This document shows, piece by piece, positions 26,881 to 41,400 of a DNA stretch of 64,000 bases (within the stretch, counting starts at the first letter, position 1; the number at the start of each line of letters is the position of its first letter). This DNA is from Rhizophagus irregularis (Eukaryota), in contig NC_089433.1 in the NCBI RefSeq assembly GCF_026210795.1, forward strand, positions 1,116,001 through 1,180,000, written 5' to 3'. The notes below the pieces were generated by a model. The model did no database searches. It saw nothing but the letters and a program-made list of their open reading frames with translations, and was not told where the DNA came from. A program made the translations under genes and the position numbers.

Positions 26881-27379
26881 AATTGGAATTTGTATAAAGG
26901 TCATGTTTATAAATTTATAAAATTTGTTGAAGGAAGTTTGAGAAGTATGAAAATTTAATTTTTTAAATATTTTAAAAGTGCAAGAAGTGAAAATTTTTGC
27001 AATTAAAATTTTTCTAAGATAAATGTTACGCAAAAAAGCAAATGAGGCTGATGCACCACAAAAAATCACATGGGAGTAGAAAAGTGATGGTGATACTGGG
27101 GTAAATTTGAATTTTCAGCATCGGTAAACTGTATAACTGAAACTGACTGGTAATTACCAATTACTGATACTGATTTACTTACTCTTGATGTTTTATGTTT
27201 ATTTTATTACAAAAAACTATATTAAAAAATAAAAACTATATATATATCACCATTTAATAATAACCTATCTAAATTTTATTATAAAATCTTAATTTTTTAA
27301 TACACAAAAAAAGATTTTCATATAGACCTATACTATTAATCTAAAATACCTAAACAATACCAATGCTTTAAACACATAA

Positions 27380-29280
27380 TAGCAATTGTTTCTGGTGCTC
27401 TATCTGATGTTACTACATTGAAAATATCCTTTCTGAAAGTACATTTGTGGCTAAAATATAAATGATTAAAAATAATACTAAATGATAATAAAATAGAACA
27501 GAAAATATACCTGGGATTCCTAAATAATCCTTTGCCTTGTGTCGCTATTAAATATTAATAAAACATAATAATATTTTAATTTTAAATAAATAAATGATAG
27601 TGTTTAAAATATTTTTTACCTTCCACCAATGGTATATGATCACCTTTGATAAATATATCAAACTCATTTGATTTTTCAATATGTTGTCATTTGGAATATG
27701 AGTAATAAGATCCTCATCAGATGAATCATATTCATTGCTAATGATGTTAATTTCTATTGGTGCATATTTTCCTTGTAAATTTCAAGCACCTATCAAAATA
27801 AAAAGTATAATTAAAATAAAATAAAATTTAAAATATAAAAAAAAAAAAATTAATACTTTTTTCTTTGCTGATTTAATCCATCATTTATCCCATTTTTGAT
27901 CTTTCATGTATTAAATTTTAAGTCATGGTTCTAGAACTATTGAAAAATAAAAATATAAGTTTAAAATTAAATTCAAACTTTAATGATTTACAAACTATCG
28001 AAAATTAATAACTTACCTAAAGAAATAGTGTATATAGATGTATCAGTTTTATCATAATATTCTAACAGTTTACTAATTGCATTACTTGCTGCTTCCTATA
28101 TATAATTTAATATAAGAATTTAAAATTTGAAATCAAATATAATTTAAACTCACCTTTCCCTCTTTTGAAACATTCAGGTGAATTCCAAAAATCTTCTAAT
28201 TTACTTATATTTTTTTTAGGGTTTTTTTAAAGTAGCAAAGCAAATATGTGCTGAAACTTATCAAACAATAGCATATTGTAATATTTGATAAGTTATAAAT
28301 TATAAATAAATGTTAAATATTAAAAATACTTTCAGTTTTTTAAATTTACCTTTAACATTAGCTCAATTTCTGCAAGACATTCCCATCTGTTTCATTCAGT
28401 GTAAAAGGATGGAGATTTGTATCACTATTGCTTAATGTATTTATTAATGGCTGTAGTAATAAGTTAATTTAATTCTTATTTTATTATAATAAATAAAATT
28501 TGAATACAATAATTAATTTTACTTCTTTTAATTCTCTTGCTCTAAACAGCATTTCAAAAGTGGAATTCCAATGAGTCCTTACATTTAATATGATCATTTT
28601 ATCAGGAACAACTGCAACTTTACATTAAGCACTAAATTTTTCTCTTTTTTGTGGGGAAGCTCTTATTTACAAATAAGAGTACGTAGCTATATTTATAATT
28701 TATTTAAATATTATTAAATATTATTAATTAAGTTATCAAATAATATTAACAATTAAATAAAAAATTATTTACTTTGCATAAATACTTCCAACTACTCCAA
28801 CTTGATTATTAATATTTTGCATATTTTCATGTTGTTTCAAAAAATTCATCTTCATTTGTATTCACAGTTGCTTTAAGTGATTTAAGTGACTCTTGAGCAG
28901 CAAGGTTGCCAAATAATGAACATGTTGATTAACATTATCCAATTCTATATTTTTTTCTGCAAGTTCATGCGAAACTTCTTCAAGAAAGGTATTGTTGTTA
29001 CTGGCATTATCAGTTGTAATACCAAGTATCTATAAAAAAGTATTTATTTGATTATTCTGTTATAACTTATAATTTACTTATAAAATCATTTAAATTAATT
29101 ATTTATAAAAACTAACCTTAATTATTTATAAAAAAAACTAACCTTAGTCATAATACCAAATCTTTCTTTTAAGAAATTATTCTTTAATATTTTTTCCAAA
29201 ATGTGATCCTTCAAGTTTAACAAAATCTAACAAAATATTTTTCAATTTCCATTCATTTGAGATCTAATGGGCAGTGCTTA
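27380..29280 (-). pseudogene. Intron-containing hAT transposase relic
   Basis: Minus-strand fragments AH*ISNEWKLKNILLDFVKLEGSH, ILGITTDNASNN, LNVRTHWNSTFEML and dimerisation-domain DYLGIP|ATNVLSERIFS, separated by AT-rich GT-AG introns; contains stops and frameshifts. Confidence 0.8.
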
Positions 29281-29922
29281 AATTTGAATAAAAGTAGTCC
29301 ATTTTATGTTCAAAACCTTTTTTTGAAAGTCACATATAAAAAATGTTGTTTTTTTAGTTCAAAAGTAAATTTATTTTTAATCTGAAATAAAATTTGATGT
29401 TACTTATTTTTCCTAAATTTAATTTGATTAGTCAATTTTTTATCATTTTTTTATATTTTTATTAAAAGATTTTAAATATATGGATACCTTTTGTAGTCTC
29501 TAACTCTATACTGAAAAGTTAATAATATATTATTTTGGATAATAGTATCCAATTGTAATAAGTTTAAAATACAAATTTTTATACCTGTTTAAGTTTTATA
29601 TATTAGTAATAATTTCATAATATTATAATTTAATCAATTAATATTTAGTATTTTGATTATTTTCAGAAAATAGGAATACAAAAAGACTTGATCAATAATA
29701 ATTATTCATTATTTCAAGGCAGATATTAGGTGTAATGGTATCTCTAAGGTTAAGTCAAAAATTTTTTTTAAATATTTGAAGTATGGATTTGGATATTGAA
29801 CATAAATATTCTAAGCAAATTGCAAATAAACATTGTTTCAATAATTATCATTACTTGTATTTAATACTGTAAATACTGTAAAAGTATATATAATAATAAT
29901 GATTTCGTATATACAGTTAGAA

Positions 29923-32246
29923 TTAATAATCTTCAATCATACAATCAAACCCTTGAGACTCTACTTGAACTAAAATTTCAGTAAGTTTGCGACTTGTAAA
30001 ATGTGCTTGTGGATGAGATTGGATAATAGAAGTGTTTACTTGTTTTTGCACTAAAGATTTATTTGCTTCTACAAATTCAAGCATATCATTTGTTAACTGA
30101 TCATCAATATTAAGTAATCTATATTTATAATTTTCATCCCTGTTTACTTCATAATATTTATTAATACATCTAATCCATTCAGATATAATATTTTCAAGCA
30201 TTATTATAGTTGGTCTATTGGAAGGATTTAAATCCCAACATTTCTTCATTAAATTTGTATAACATTTTGGAGTATTTTTCGTAATTTTAGGACGTTTCCC
30301 TTCATAAACACTCAAGATAAAGTGATGATCATGTGCTTCATAGTTAAATGGAGGGATACCTGATGTAAATTCCCACATTATCATTGAAAGGCTATAAATA
30401 TCACTTGCTGAAGAGTATGGTTTTTTTCTTAATATTTCAGGCGCCATATAAGGTAAAACTCCATAAATTTCATTAATTTTTTTATCAGAATCTTGTAAAT
30501 CACTTATAGGTTTGCTAATCCTAAATCAATAATAAATAACTCATTGTAATTATCTGACATTAAAATATTACCATCATGAAAATCACCATGAGTTAAATTT
30601 GATTCATGTATTACTTTAAGTCCTAATATAATTTTTTTCAATAATCGTAACTTATCTTGCCATTTGAATTTAACTATATCAGGTAAACATTTTCTCAAAC
30701 TACCTTTTTTTGCATAACTCATTACTATTATATAATTTAAGTTATTTGGATCTTGGGTGAATCCAAAGAACTGTATAAATTTTGAAAATGATTTTTTCTG
30801 ACAATTATAATGATATTTCCACTATGTAAATAACAAAAATTATTAAACTTTTGTACAAAGAAATAAAATATGCTACTAAATATAAATACTATACCTCATT
30901 CAGAAATTCATTATTTAAACTTGATGAATTATTAAGTGATTTAAGAATAACCTCATAATATGTTTGCCTATTCCATTGTTGTTTATCAAAATTCCAACTA
31001 AAAATAGGTCCATCTGACCAGATAGCTTTATTAATTTCACTAAATCCTCCTTTAGCATAATAATCAATACTTGATAAATTATTGTAAGGTATCCACTCTA
31101 AAATTTCATAACTATTTTTAGCATTTAGCTGTGCTTCTTGAACAAATTCATCAATAAATTTATTTTTACTAGTCCACTTGAAAAATCTTGTTGAAATTGC
31201 TTAGTATTACATTGTTGGCACCATTGGTAATCAGTATTTAGTTGCTTGCATTCATTACAAAATTCATTTTTAGAACTTGTTTTGTTACTTTCTATTGCTA
31301 TTTGGTACCAATAAAAGGCCCTTTCTAAATTCCTTTTTGTTCCTTCTCCATTTCTATAACATGCAACTAAATTAAAAATTGCATCAATATGACTTTTTTT
31401 TGCTGCTTTTTGATACCAATGAAAGGCTTTTTCTAAATTCTTTTCTGTTCCTTTTCCATTTTTATAAAAATTGGCTAAATCAAACATTGCAATAATATGA
31501 TCTTTTTCTGCTGCTTTTTGATACCAATAAAAGGCTTTTTCAAAATTCTTTTCTGTTCTTTCTCCATTTCTATAAAATATGGCTAACTTAAACATTACAT
31601 TAATTTGACCTTTTTCTGCTGCTTTTTGACACCAATGAAAAGCTTTTTCTAAATTCTTTTTTGTTCCTTTTCCATAATAATAGTGAATGACTAAATTAAA
31701 CATTGCAATAATATGCTCTTTTTCTGCTGCTTTTTGATACCAATGAAAGGCTTTTTCAAAATTCTTTTCTATTCCTTCTCCATGTTTATAACGCACAGCT
31801 AAACTATACATTGCATCAATTTGACCTTTTTCTGCTGCTTTTTGACACCAATAAAAGGCTTTTTCAAAATTCTTTTCTATTCCTTCTCCATGTTTATAAT
31901 GCACAGCTAAATTATACATTGCATTAATTTGACCTTTTTCTGCTGCTTTTTGACACCAATAAAAGGCTTTTTCTAAACTTTTTTCTGTTCCTTCTCCATT
32001 TCTATAACATGTAGATAAATATAACATTGCATTAATATGATCATTTGCTGCTGTTTTTTGATACAAATAAAAGGCCTTTTCTAAATTCTTTTCTGTTCCT
32101 TTTCCATTCTTATAACAGTTCGCTAAACTAAACATTGCTTTTTTATCACCATTTTCTGCTAATTTTTCTAAAGAATCAATACATTCTTTACACCAAAGTT
32201 CTTCAGTAAAGGGCCTATTGCAATATAAACAATTTTTGGTGTTCAT
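29923..32246 (-). pseudogene. Sel1-repeat (8x) + tyrosine-kinase-like protein kinase with two 1-nt frameshifts (pseudogene or assembly indels)
   Basis: Eight 36-aa Sel1 repeats between two CxxC...WCxxC motifs; kinase motifs GGFS, VILK, HGDFHDGN, DLG, MAPE, DIYS; intron 30822-30894 (FLNE|WKYH); frameshifts near 31180 and 30515. Confidence 0.85.
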
Positions 32247-32678
32247 TGTATCAGTATCTTTATCTGGTTATTTTAGAAGTTTGTTTTACTGAAAAAAAAA
32301 TTTTTTCTAGACAAAATTTTTTAAAACAAATAATATTCATGAATGAATCAAAGTAGAAAAGAATAATTGTTTCGGGCCGTATTTCCCGATGCACTCAATG
32401 AACTGATCTTCATTGAGAAATTCCAACTATGGGGTCGTCTAAAACGGGTAGTTTTGTCCAACATTACAATTTGACAACCGTGATGTAGATCAATGCATCA
32501 GAAAAGATATATCCCAAAAACGAGTTTACCACACTAAATTGTGTGAGTTGTGTATCTTATATATAAAACAAAATAAAGTTAAATAAAAATAAAATAATTT
32601 TTAAGAGAAACTTTGAAAAATATCCTCCGCGTAGCGCCAAAAAGATAGGAAAACTACGAAGTAGAAATAAGTAGATCG

Positions 32679-32897
32679 GGACCCAGAAATATATATATAG
32701 GGGTCAGGTGATGAAGAAAATTTTTTACTATGAGCTGACGCATTATTTCAGGGCCGGAATTATGATAATGTCAGTCGGTTACTATAATGGGAAATAAAAT
32801 TCTGACTGGAATTATCAAAAATTATCTAAAAAAAGTGATTTTTATATTTCAAAATACGCAAACTCAAACCTGACCCTTTTATATATATTTATGGGTC
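32679..32897. mobile_element. MITE, inverted copy of 62196-62428
   Basis: GGACCCAGAAATATATATATAGGGGTCAGGT...ACCTGACCCTTTTATATATATTTATGGGTC; the interior is the reverse complement of the 62 kb copy. Confidence 0.8.
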
Positions 32898-33499
32898 AAA
32901 AATCGCGTCATCAATAGATTTTTAATAAAAAAATTTTTTTCTGCAAGAGATAACTCATGATGATTATTGATTATATGATCATGTGATCATGCGCATGTGC
33001 ATAATATCAAGATGACGTTTGTACACATACCAAAACCTCCGTTTCATGAAAAAAACGTTGAAACGCGATTTGCATATTATAAATATTATCATTATACAGC
33101 GGTATGGTTTTTATTTTATTTTAACCTTTACGATAAGTGTATTAAAATTTTCTGATAATTATAACATTTTTTTTTGTGTCGTGATAATATCACGTGATAG
33201 AATATTACATAATGTGTTGTGTTTACGTAATTTTTTTTTTTGGAAAATAAAATATAAAGGTTAACGTTAGGCAGAACGAAAAAAAAAAGTTTTTATCACA
33301 TAATTATTACATCACGGGACTAGCACTAGCTAATGAGTAATCACGTAATTGGCGTAATCGGCGTAAATAACTTATTGTATAACATGATATCAAATAAATA
33401 CATCGACTTTTTGACGACTTAATACGTAGAAAAAAAAATGAACCACCAATTTGATGGACTTCTCCTACTAACAATAATTGCGGTGTACCTATAAAATAT

Positions 33500-35120
33500 G
33501 AAACTCTCGCCAATAAGTGCAAGTGGTTCTAAAAATCATGAAAGTTTAACTAATGACTTTATAAATTATGAAATTCCTGATAAATTCTCCTTTAATAATC
33601 GACAAGTAAATGGTGATAATGGTTCTTGTCAGATTATTTCTGAACCAGATCATACGTTTCTTAAAAGTAATGATTTTGAAAACAAATATTTGGAAATTTC
33701 TAATTATATTCTTATTGAATCAAAACAAGGAAGAATACCTCGATGGTACACGTTTCTCAAAGACAAAATCACTCTCCAATCTCTCCAATCCAATACTGGA
33801 CGCCTCAACATTGATCTAGGCCACAACTTAATTCAAAATTCACGGGTCCAGCGTCCCCGTCCTCCGCCTGTACAATCTGATCATATTACGCACAAAGGAA
33901 AAGCGAGTGGTTTGCAACCTGGGCCAACTCTACTTCAGACGCTATATATCAAACTATTAACTTCAACACACTTTGCCAACACTGCTCCCGTTATGTATCT
34001 TGAACATTGGATACCGGTTCCTGGAATCAATACTTCTAATAATAACAATCTTACACCTAGATCTCCCAATATCATTTCCCCTATTATATTGGCAACCAAA
34101 CTCCGAAATGCATCTTCTTGAAAATGACGCATCAAGCAGTTATTCAAGATTCTCCCGTATCGACCGCTTACGTAATGATCTCCAAACCTTACCGAAAAAT
34201 ATTCAAATATTAAATCATCATCACACACATTATAGAATTTTAACATATAATGACTACCTTATTCAACGTAATCTAACACCGTTACCTCAAATACTTCACC
34301 ACACACCTGTTAACTCACAACTCATAACAGCTCAGAACCACGCTTTGATTAATAGATTGATCAACGAACGTGAAGTAGAGAACAACTTTGCGCAGCTACT
34401 AAAATAATTTCAATTCCGTAGAATTAATTCTACATAGATGGTTCGTTTCAAAAGGATATATCCGCCAACGAATTTCACATGGGATACGGTTGGACCACAT
34501 CGAATCTTTATAATTTCGATGTCACTTATAATTTATAAAGGTGCTATTGAATTCCTCTTCCTCGACAAAAGCCGAAATTATGGCCATTTTAACCGCACTC
34601 ATGGTCTATACACCCGCTGCTACAGTAATTATACACACTGACTTACAAGCTGCGATAGATGGATATAACAAATCATCTACAGAGTATCTCACCACGACGC
34701 TTTAACAAAATTAATAACACATCCTTATGGGCAGCCATACATTTTATAATTAAAACCTTACACTCACCTTCACTTTCGACAAAATCTAAGCTCATTCTGA
34801 CATTACGTTCAATAATATTACTAACACTTTAGCAAAAACGGGGCGCTTTGAATCCACACCCTCCTCTATCATACACAATTACATACCAACGCAGACGGTT
34901 ACAGTGATCTGGGATAAGATTGTTATTGGTGACCTTTTTCTTTCACCGTCTGTCCTGGCTTGATCGGAGTCCAGGATAGTTTTTTCTTTTTTTTCTATTT
35001 CCAGTAAGGGTCCGCTCCAGAGATTTCATATTGTTGGTTTGGGTAAAGTTTTATAATGGTTTCCGATACTTTTATTCGTGATGTGATTTTCATTGTAATT
35101 CTCTTTACTATACATAAAAT
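33500..35120 (+). mobile_element. Second non-LTR retrotransposon relic (RNase H region)
   Basis: FYIDGS (~34428), KAEIMAILTAL (~34568), TDLQAAIDG and FDKI*AHS in shifting frames; same C/A-rich composition as the 15.6-19.4 kb element. Confidence 0.7.
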
Positions 35121-36029
35121 AAATAAATATAACACTTCAGACGATCCAAATAATTTAAATGATGAAATTATTTATTATAAAATTTTCTTATATAATTTTA
35201 TATCTTTATCACAATAAAAATTCAATTGATACTAATCTCTCATCTCAACCACAATTAAATTATCATGATCCTGAAATTATATTAATTACGAAATTAATTA
35301 TAAATATTCATATTTTTCATTACAGAACCTTGTATACAAAAATCATCAGAAATTCAGAATGGAAATTGCTTATTCTTGAAATAGCTATAACTTCAAGATC
35401 AAGATAATTAACAGTATTTCAAAGCATTACAAGAAATTTAGGATGGTCAAATTACTTTAAATACTTGGAATTTCTCATATCAAAAAGCCACAACATTTGA
35501 ACAACAATAAATAGTTTTTTTTTTTCTGGAAGAGACCAAGTCCTCCTAGAGTCCAGATTACCCTTTTTAGGCTTTTTTATTATTTCATTTTCATTTTATT
35601 TTATTTTCACTTTCATTTTATTTCATTTTTTTTCGTTTTCATTTTATTTTTTTTTCACCCTCATTTTTATTTTTTTCATTTTCATTTTATTCTTTTTATT
35701 TTATCTTATTTCTTTTTAACTTTAAGGAATCGGTATAATCAAAATTTTTAAAATTTAATGATAAACATGGATATTAGTTAACCCATTAAATTAGAGTAAA
35801 TCATCAATATTGCCAATAAGATTATCCAGGGACGAAGTTTCTAGTGTTAAACGTATTTCCAGTTATAATAATAATAAATATTATGTCTAGGGGAATGAAA
35901 TCCCCCAAAATCACGTAGTTATATAGGTGATCATCATTTTTTTTCCGTATTTCACTCATTTTATTGAAACCTGTCACCATTTCAAGACATTTTGCCGACA
36001 TGATCGACATAATATTGACGTTCTGTATG

Positions 36030-37345
36030 CTTTTACAATTTAGCACGAAATAATTTGTAAGGAGTGAGGCGCAGCTAATAAATTTTTCGGTGAAATGGTA
36101 AGTCGGGTAATTTTACTTCCCGGTGAAATGGAGTAGAAGTAGGTAAATTTTTCATGTCGGTAAAATGAAAGTCAGCAAAATGGCGTCGGTTAAATTTCAT
36201 GTCAGTAAAATGAATCTATAAATTGTACTGTACATTCATTTTACCATTTGTTTTCTGTATTTTTTAACTATCTTATTTTTTTGCTTTTACAATTTAGCAC
36301 AAAATAATTTGTAAGGAGTGAGGCGAAGCTAATAAATTTTTCGGTGAAATGGTAAGTCGGGTAATTTTACTTCTCGGTAAAATGACATTTCGGTGAAATG
36401 GAGTGGGAGTAGGTAAATTTTCATGTCGGTAAAATGAAAGTCAGCAAAACGGCGTCGGTTAAATTTCATGTCAGTGAAATGAATCTATAAATTGTACTGT
36501 GCCCTCATTTTTTCCATTTTTTTTCTGTATTTTTTAACTATTTTATTTTTTTGCTTTTACAATTTAGCACGAAATAATTTGTAAGGAGTGAGGCGCAGCT
36601 AATAAATTTTTTCGGTGAAATGGTAAGTCGGGTAATTTTACTTCTCAGTAAAATGAAAGTCAGCAAAATGGCGTCGGTTAAATTTCATGTCAGTGAAATG
36701 AGTCTATAAATTGTACTGTACATTCATTTTTATCATTTGTTTTCTGTATTTTTTATTTATTTTTTTGCTTTTACAATTTAGCACGAAATAATTTGTAAGG
36801 AGTGAGGCGCAGCTAATAAATTTTTTCGGTGAAATGGTAAGTCGGGTAATTTTACTTCTCAGTAAAATGAAAGTCAGCAAAATGGCGTCGGTTAAATTTC
36901 ATGTCAGTGAAATGAGTCTATAAATTGTACTGTACATTCATTTTTATCATTTGTTTTCTGTATTTTTTATTTTATTTTTTTGCTTTTACAATTTAGCACA
37001 AAATAATTTTAAAGTAATAAATTTTTCGGTGAAATTTGGTAAGTGAGGCGAAGCTAATAAATTTTTCGGTGAAATGGTAAGTCGGGTAATTTTACTTCTC
37101 GGTAAAATGACATTTCGGTGAAATGGAGTGGGAGTAGGTAAATTTTCATGTCGGTAAAATGAAAGTCAGCAAAATGGCGTCGGCTAAATTTCATGTCAGT
37201 GAAATGAATCTATAAATTGTACTGTGCCCTCATTTTTTCCATTTGTTTTCTGTATTTTTTAACTATTTTATTTTTTTGCTTTTACAATTTAGCACGAAAG
37301 AATTTGTAAGGAGTGAGGCGCAGCTAATAAATTTTTCGGTAAAAG
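36030..37345. repeat. Tandem satellite of ~210-290-bp units (about 5.5 copies)
   Basis: Repeated GCTTTTACAATTTAGCAC.AAATAATTTGTAAGGAGTGAGGCG.AGCTAATAAATTTTTCGGTGAAATGG. Confidence 0.9.
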
Positions 37346-37349
37346 GGTA

Positions 37350-38227
37350 ATCTACAACAACTCTATGTTTTGAATGAATAAAGTTAAATTGACGTTGTTG
37401 ATGATTAAAAGGATTTTTAAAAAGAGTAATAAAAAAAGAAGAGATTGGATACGCTAAATCACCTAACACATATATAATCATCTCCTTCAATATATTTTGC
37501 TTTATTAAGAAAAAATCTGAATTAGCATAGACTATTGCATCATGCACTGACCCTGGCCATCCTATTATATAATTAATAAAAATTCCTTTAATATCAACGA
37601 TTCCTTGACAATGAATTGCATATCTTTTTTATTCTTGTAAAAAATGCTGTTTGATCTTGTGCAGGTGCCTCATTTAAAATAAAATGAGTCCCATTATCCC
37701 ATCTATTGCTCCAATAACATTCTGAAACCCCAATAGCTTGAAAAAATCCTGCATGAATAATAGCACGATTATTATTCTTAGGCCATTGAACAAACTCCAA
37801 TTTTTTAAGAATTACAGTACCTTTAAATATTCCAAATCAAGAACAAATACTTAAAATATCATCTTTAGAACCTAAAAACCTAAGAAATATTACTAATTGA
37901 AATTCAACTGGTGCCTGTGGCTTATTTCCTTTGTTTTGAAAACTGTATCATTCCGTAATAATTGCACTAGCTTGTTAAATTGTTGTTTTTCCATTCGTAA
38001 AACTTTTTTAAACAATATATCATCATATAATGGTAAGATTTCATGATACCAATGTTGAGACTTAGGAACATGGTTTCGTGAGAACAAGATAATGTAAAGA
38101 GGATAAGCAAGAAGTATTTCTTCTTATTATTATTATCTAATTCATCATCATTAAAAGAGTCAAAAGAGTCATTTAAATCCTGTGTTGTTAATAACATTAA
38201 AGCATATTCAATATCCTTTATAGACAT
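37350..38227 (-). pseudogene. PIF/Harbinger (HARBI1-like, DDE_Tnp_4) transposase relic, 3'-truncated
   Basis: Motifs FVQWP, VIGAIDG, GWPGSVHDA, LGDLAYP and FNFIHSKHRVVV spread over frameshifted ORFs. Confidence 0.85.
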
Positions 38228-38463
38228 AATTATAAAAAGAAAAATATTGGGACAGAATGGAATAGATAATCACGTGGATTTTTCTGCTCAATTTACGCTG
38301 TTTTTTGATTGGTCAAAAAAAATTCTGTGAAAATCGGATCAAATCGGAATGGAACAGGGCTAGTGATTGTGCGGTATAAGAAATCCACGCTACATTTTTT
38401 TATGTTAAAATTAAAAATAAAAAGAGATATTTTTTATTTTTTTTTGTTTTATTTTTTTTTTAT

Positions 38464-41400
38464 GGGTGAATTTATTCCTCACCCCGGGTGAGATTTAATA
38501 TTCTTCACCCCTAAAAATTTTTTTATTTTTTGTTATGTATTTATATGCGTTTTATAATATATTATATATAAAAAAAAATAAAGTTATATTTATTGTATGC
38601 CAAATATATACATATCGTTGATCAATCTTTATTGTTTGATTTCGCCAAATAAACGTAACAATTGAATTGTATCGCACTACTACTAAACAAAATACAAAAT
38701 AATCTTCGCTATAAACATGTGATTATGTAAAGTTCATTATTGTTTTGAACAAGTATTACGATAATGACCGTTTTCTCCACATAAACCACACTTACGACCT
38801 TTATCACCAGAAATTGCTTGTTCACTCCCATTTTTGACTTTATTTGAACCTGATTTTTCAAAAGATGATTTTAACCGCTTCGTTGCGGGTCTACCCTTTG
38901 GTTGATGCTTTAACGGATCCATTATTTGATTAGAATCAACCAATACTCCCCTTGTATTATGAAAAACTCGATTATCATTTGCAATCATTTTTCTTCTTAC
39001 TAAATCTTCTTGTTGTCTAATTGATTCCGCTTGAATTAATTGAGCTTCCCTTCTTTTGTTATATTCTCTTATAAACTGAATTAGTTCTTCATCATCATCT
39101 TGAATCGCAAATTGAATTGCCTTTTTGGCTTCACCCATTAAAGTACCAAATTTCAATTGTTTTTGTGATATTTGCCTGGAATAGCTCTCTGAAAGATCAT
39201 TTACAGTATATTTTCGCGTAAATTCTAAAGTGATTTGTGTATTATTTTGATCATTTTGGCAACTATTCATTATTATTTCACTAGAAGAGATATCACTTGA
39301 AGTGATATATTCATCTTTATACCAACGCTTGGGAATCAACACCAAATGAAAATATGCTTTAGGAGTTTCAACAAACACTTTAAAAAAATGTCTGCATATA
39401 ATACCATGCGTTACAAGCATGAAACAAGTGCATAAATATTCTCCGGTATTAAGCAAAATCACATGTTGATAACACTTCGGAAAATTATACCGAGAGACCT
39501 TCCAAATTTCTAAAATATCGTCTGAGTTAACCATTGAAATCAAGGATTTTAAGTCAAGTTCCCGATCCTCATCAGCTTCAATAGGTGTTTCAATAGAATC
39601 ATCTACTTCTTTATCAAAAAAAGGTTCAAATGAATCGTCATCTGATGCTGAAATTTCGGAAAATGGTACTTGATGTGTACGATAACATACAGATTGGCAC
39701 ATCTGCTTATAATGTGCATCATGAATTGGTTGAGTGAGATACTTTTTCATGGTAATATCAATGTCTTTAAAAAACGTTTGAATAACAAAGGGTTGTGTAT
39801 ACTGTAATGTTGAGGATTTCCAAATTGAATAACGATTGTTAATCAACTCAAATTCTAGCCGATTTTCAATTGATTCTTGAACTTGTGAAAGAAAAAAACT
39901 TGACTGTACAGCCTTCTGTATCAACGCATTTTCTGATTCTACGCGTTGTGTGGATTGTGTTCCCGCCGTGAAATGCCTTGATGTAAAACACTTTACCCAC
40001 GTATGTTTTCTATTTAGTAGCATTGTAGTTATATATTTTTTCCCTGCTTCATATTTTTCAACTATACCTGCAGACCGGCGTTCAAATACACTTTCACAAT
40101 GAGAACGTTGGATTGCCCTAAAATCTTTGAGAAACTCTTGATAAAGAGGTGATCCTAAGCATGAACGAAGATTTTTTGGAAGATTTTGGTAAAGATGGTA
40201 TAAACATTGCATATGATGAGTTTCTGGAAATACTGTAGAAATGGCTGCAATCATGGCAGGATCGGCATCAGTAACAAATGTCAATGGAGGAATTTCACAT
40301 GCTTCAAGACAACATCGAAGCAACCATTCATAAGATTCTTGTTTTTCATCTTGTATGAAGGCTTGGGCCGCCAACCTGCTCTTGTTATAATTATCAATTA
40401 AAATAAAGAGGCTTAATGGGTAGTTATACTTGTTAGTTCGCGCAGTATTGTCATGGATAATAATGTCATAAAATTTAGACCATCTTTCACGTTGTTCTGG
40501 TGACATCCAGAAAATACCAATTAGCCGGTTACTTGTATCATCTATTAATGGCTTTACAAACCATGCAGGATCATCTGCTTGCAATTCAAGAAGTCTCATT
40601 AATAAAGATGCTGCATCTCCTAAATTATTAAGGCCTTTTTCTTGTTTGATCTTTTGAATTGCATTTCCCAAGTCTTGGGTAAGAAATACACGATCAGGAT
40701 ACTTTGGTTGAAGAAGATTCCTAATTGTTCCTGCATCACATCGGCCATGCACAACATAAAATTCTATCTGTTCCATAATTTCTTCAGTAAAATTTTTGTA
40801 ACAAGTGGAGAATTTTATGGTATCGGTGAGAATCTCATGATTGTGTTCGTTATTAAATAACGTTACAGTTACTATGGGTGAATTTATTCGTCTATTAACA
40901 TTCATTTGCCACATACAGCCCTGTTTTTTGGTTCCTTTACTTTTTTCTTTACCTAATGTTGGCCTTAAAAGCTTCTCAGTATACCTTCCTCCTAAATCAC
41001 ACTTAAATACCCTTTTTCTACAAGTACCATCCGGAAATTTTTCACTTTTATGCTTAAAGACAGCAAAATTATTCTGAAGAGCGTACTGTTCTATAAAATG
41101 TACTGCAATTTCCATGGAATGAAACCTTGTTCCATTCTCAATCTCGATTAGAGTATTAATTAACGGAAAGCCACCAACATAATCTTTAAGTTCGGCACCT
41201 AATACACTTTTAACAACATATTCCTCACTATTATCATCATGATTGGTGGGTTCTGTAAAAGGTGAAACCTCATATAACATGATTAACCAAGCACAAAAAG
41301 CAAAGAACATGCAAGAGCAAATACTATTACGGTGCGTATTATGTAGCATGCATGTGAAAAACGCGTGACTGTGGCTTATAATTTATACTGTTTATTTTAT

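Noticed and set aside
40207..41077. Short plus-strand ORFs
   Set aside because: Antisense shadows of the MULE transposase; the same applies to 14641-14853, 46319-46525 and 48460-48645 for their genes.
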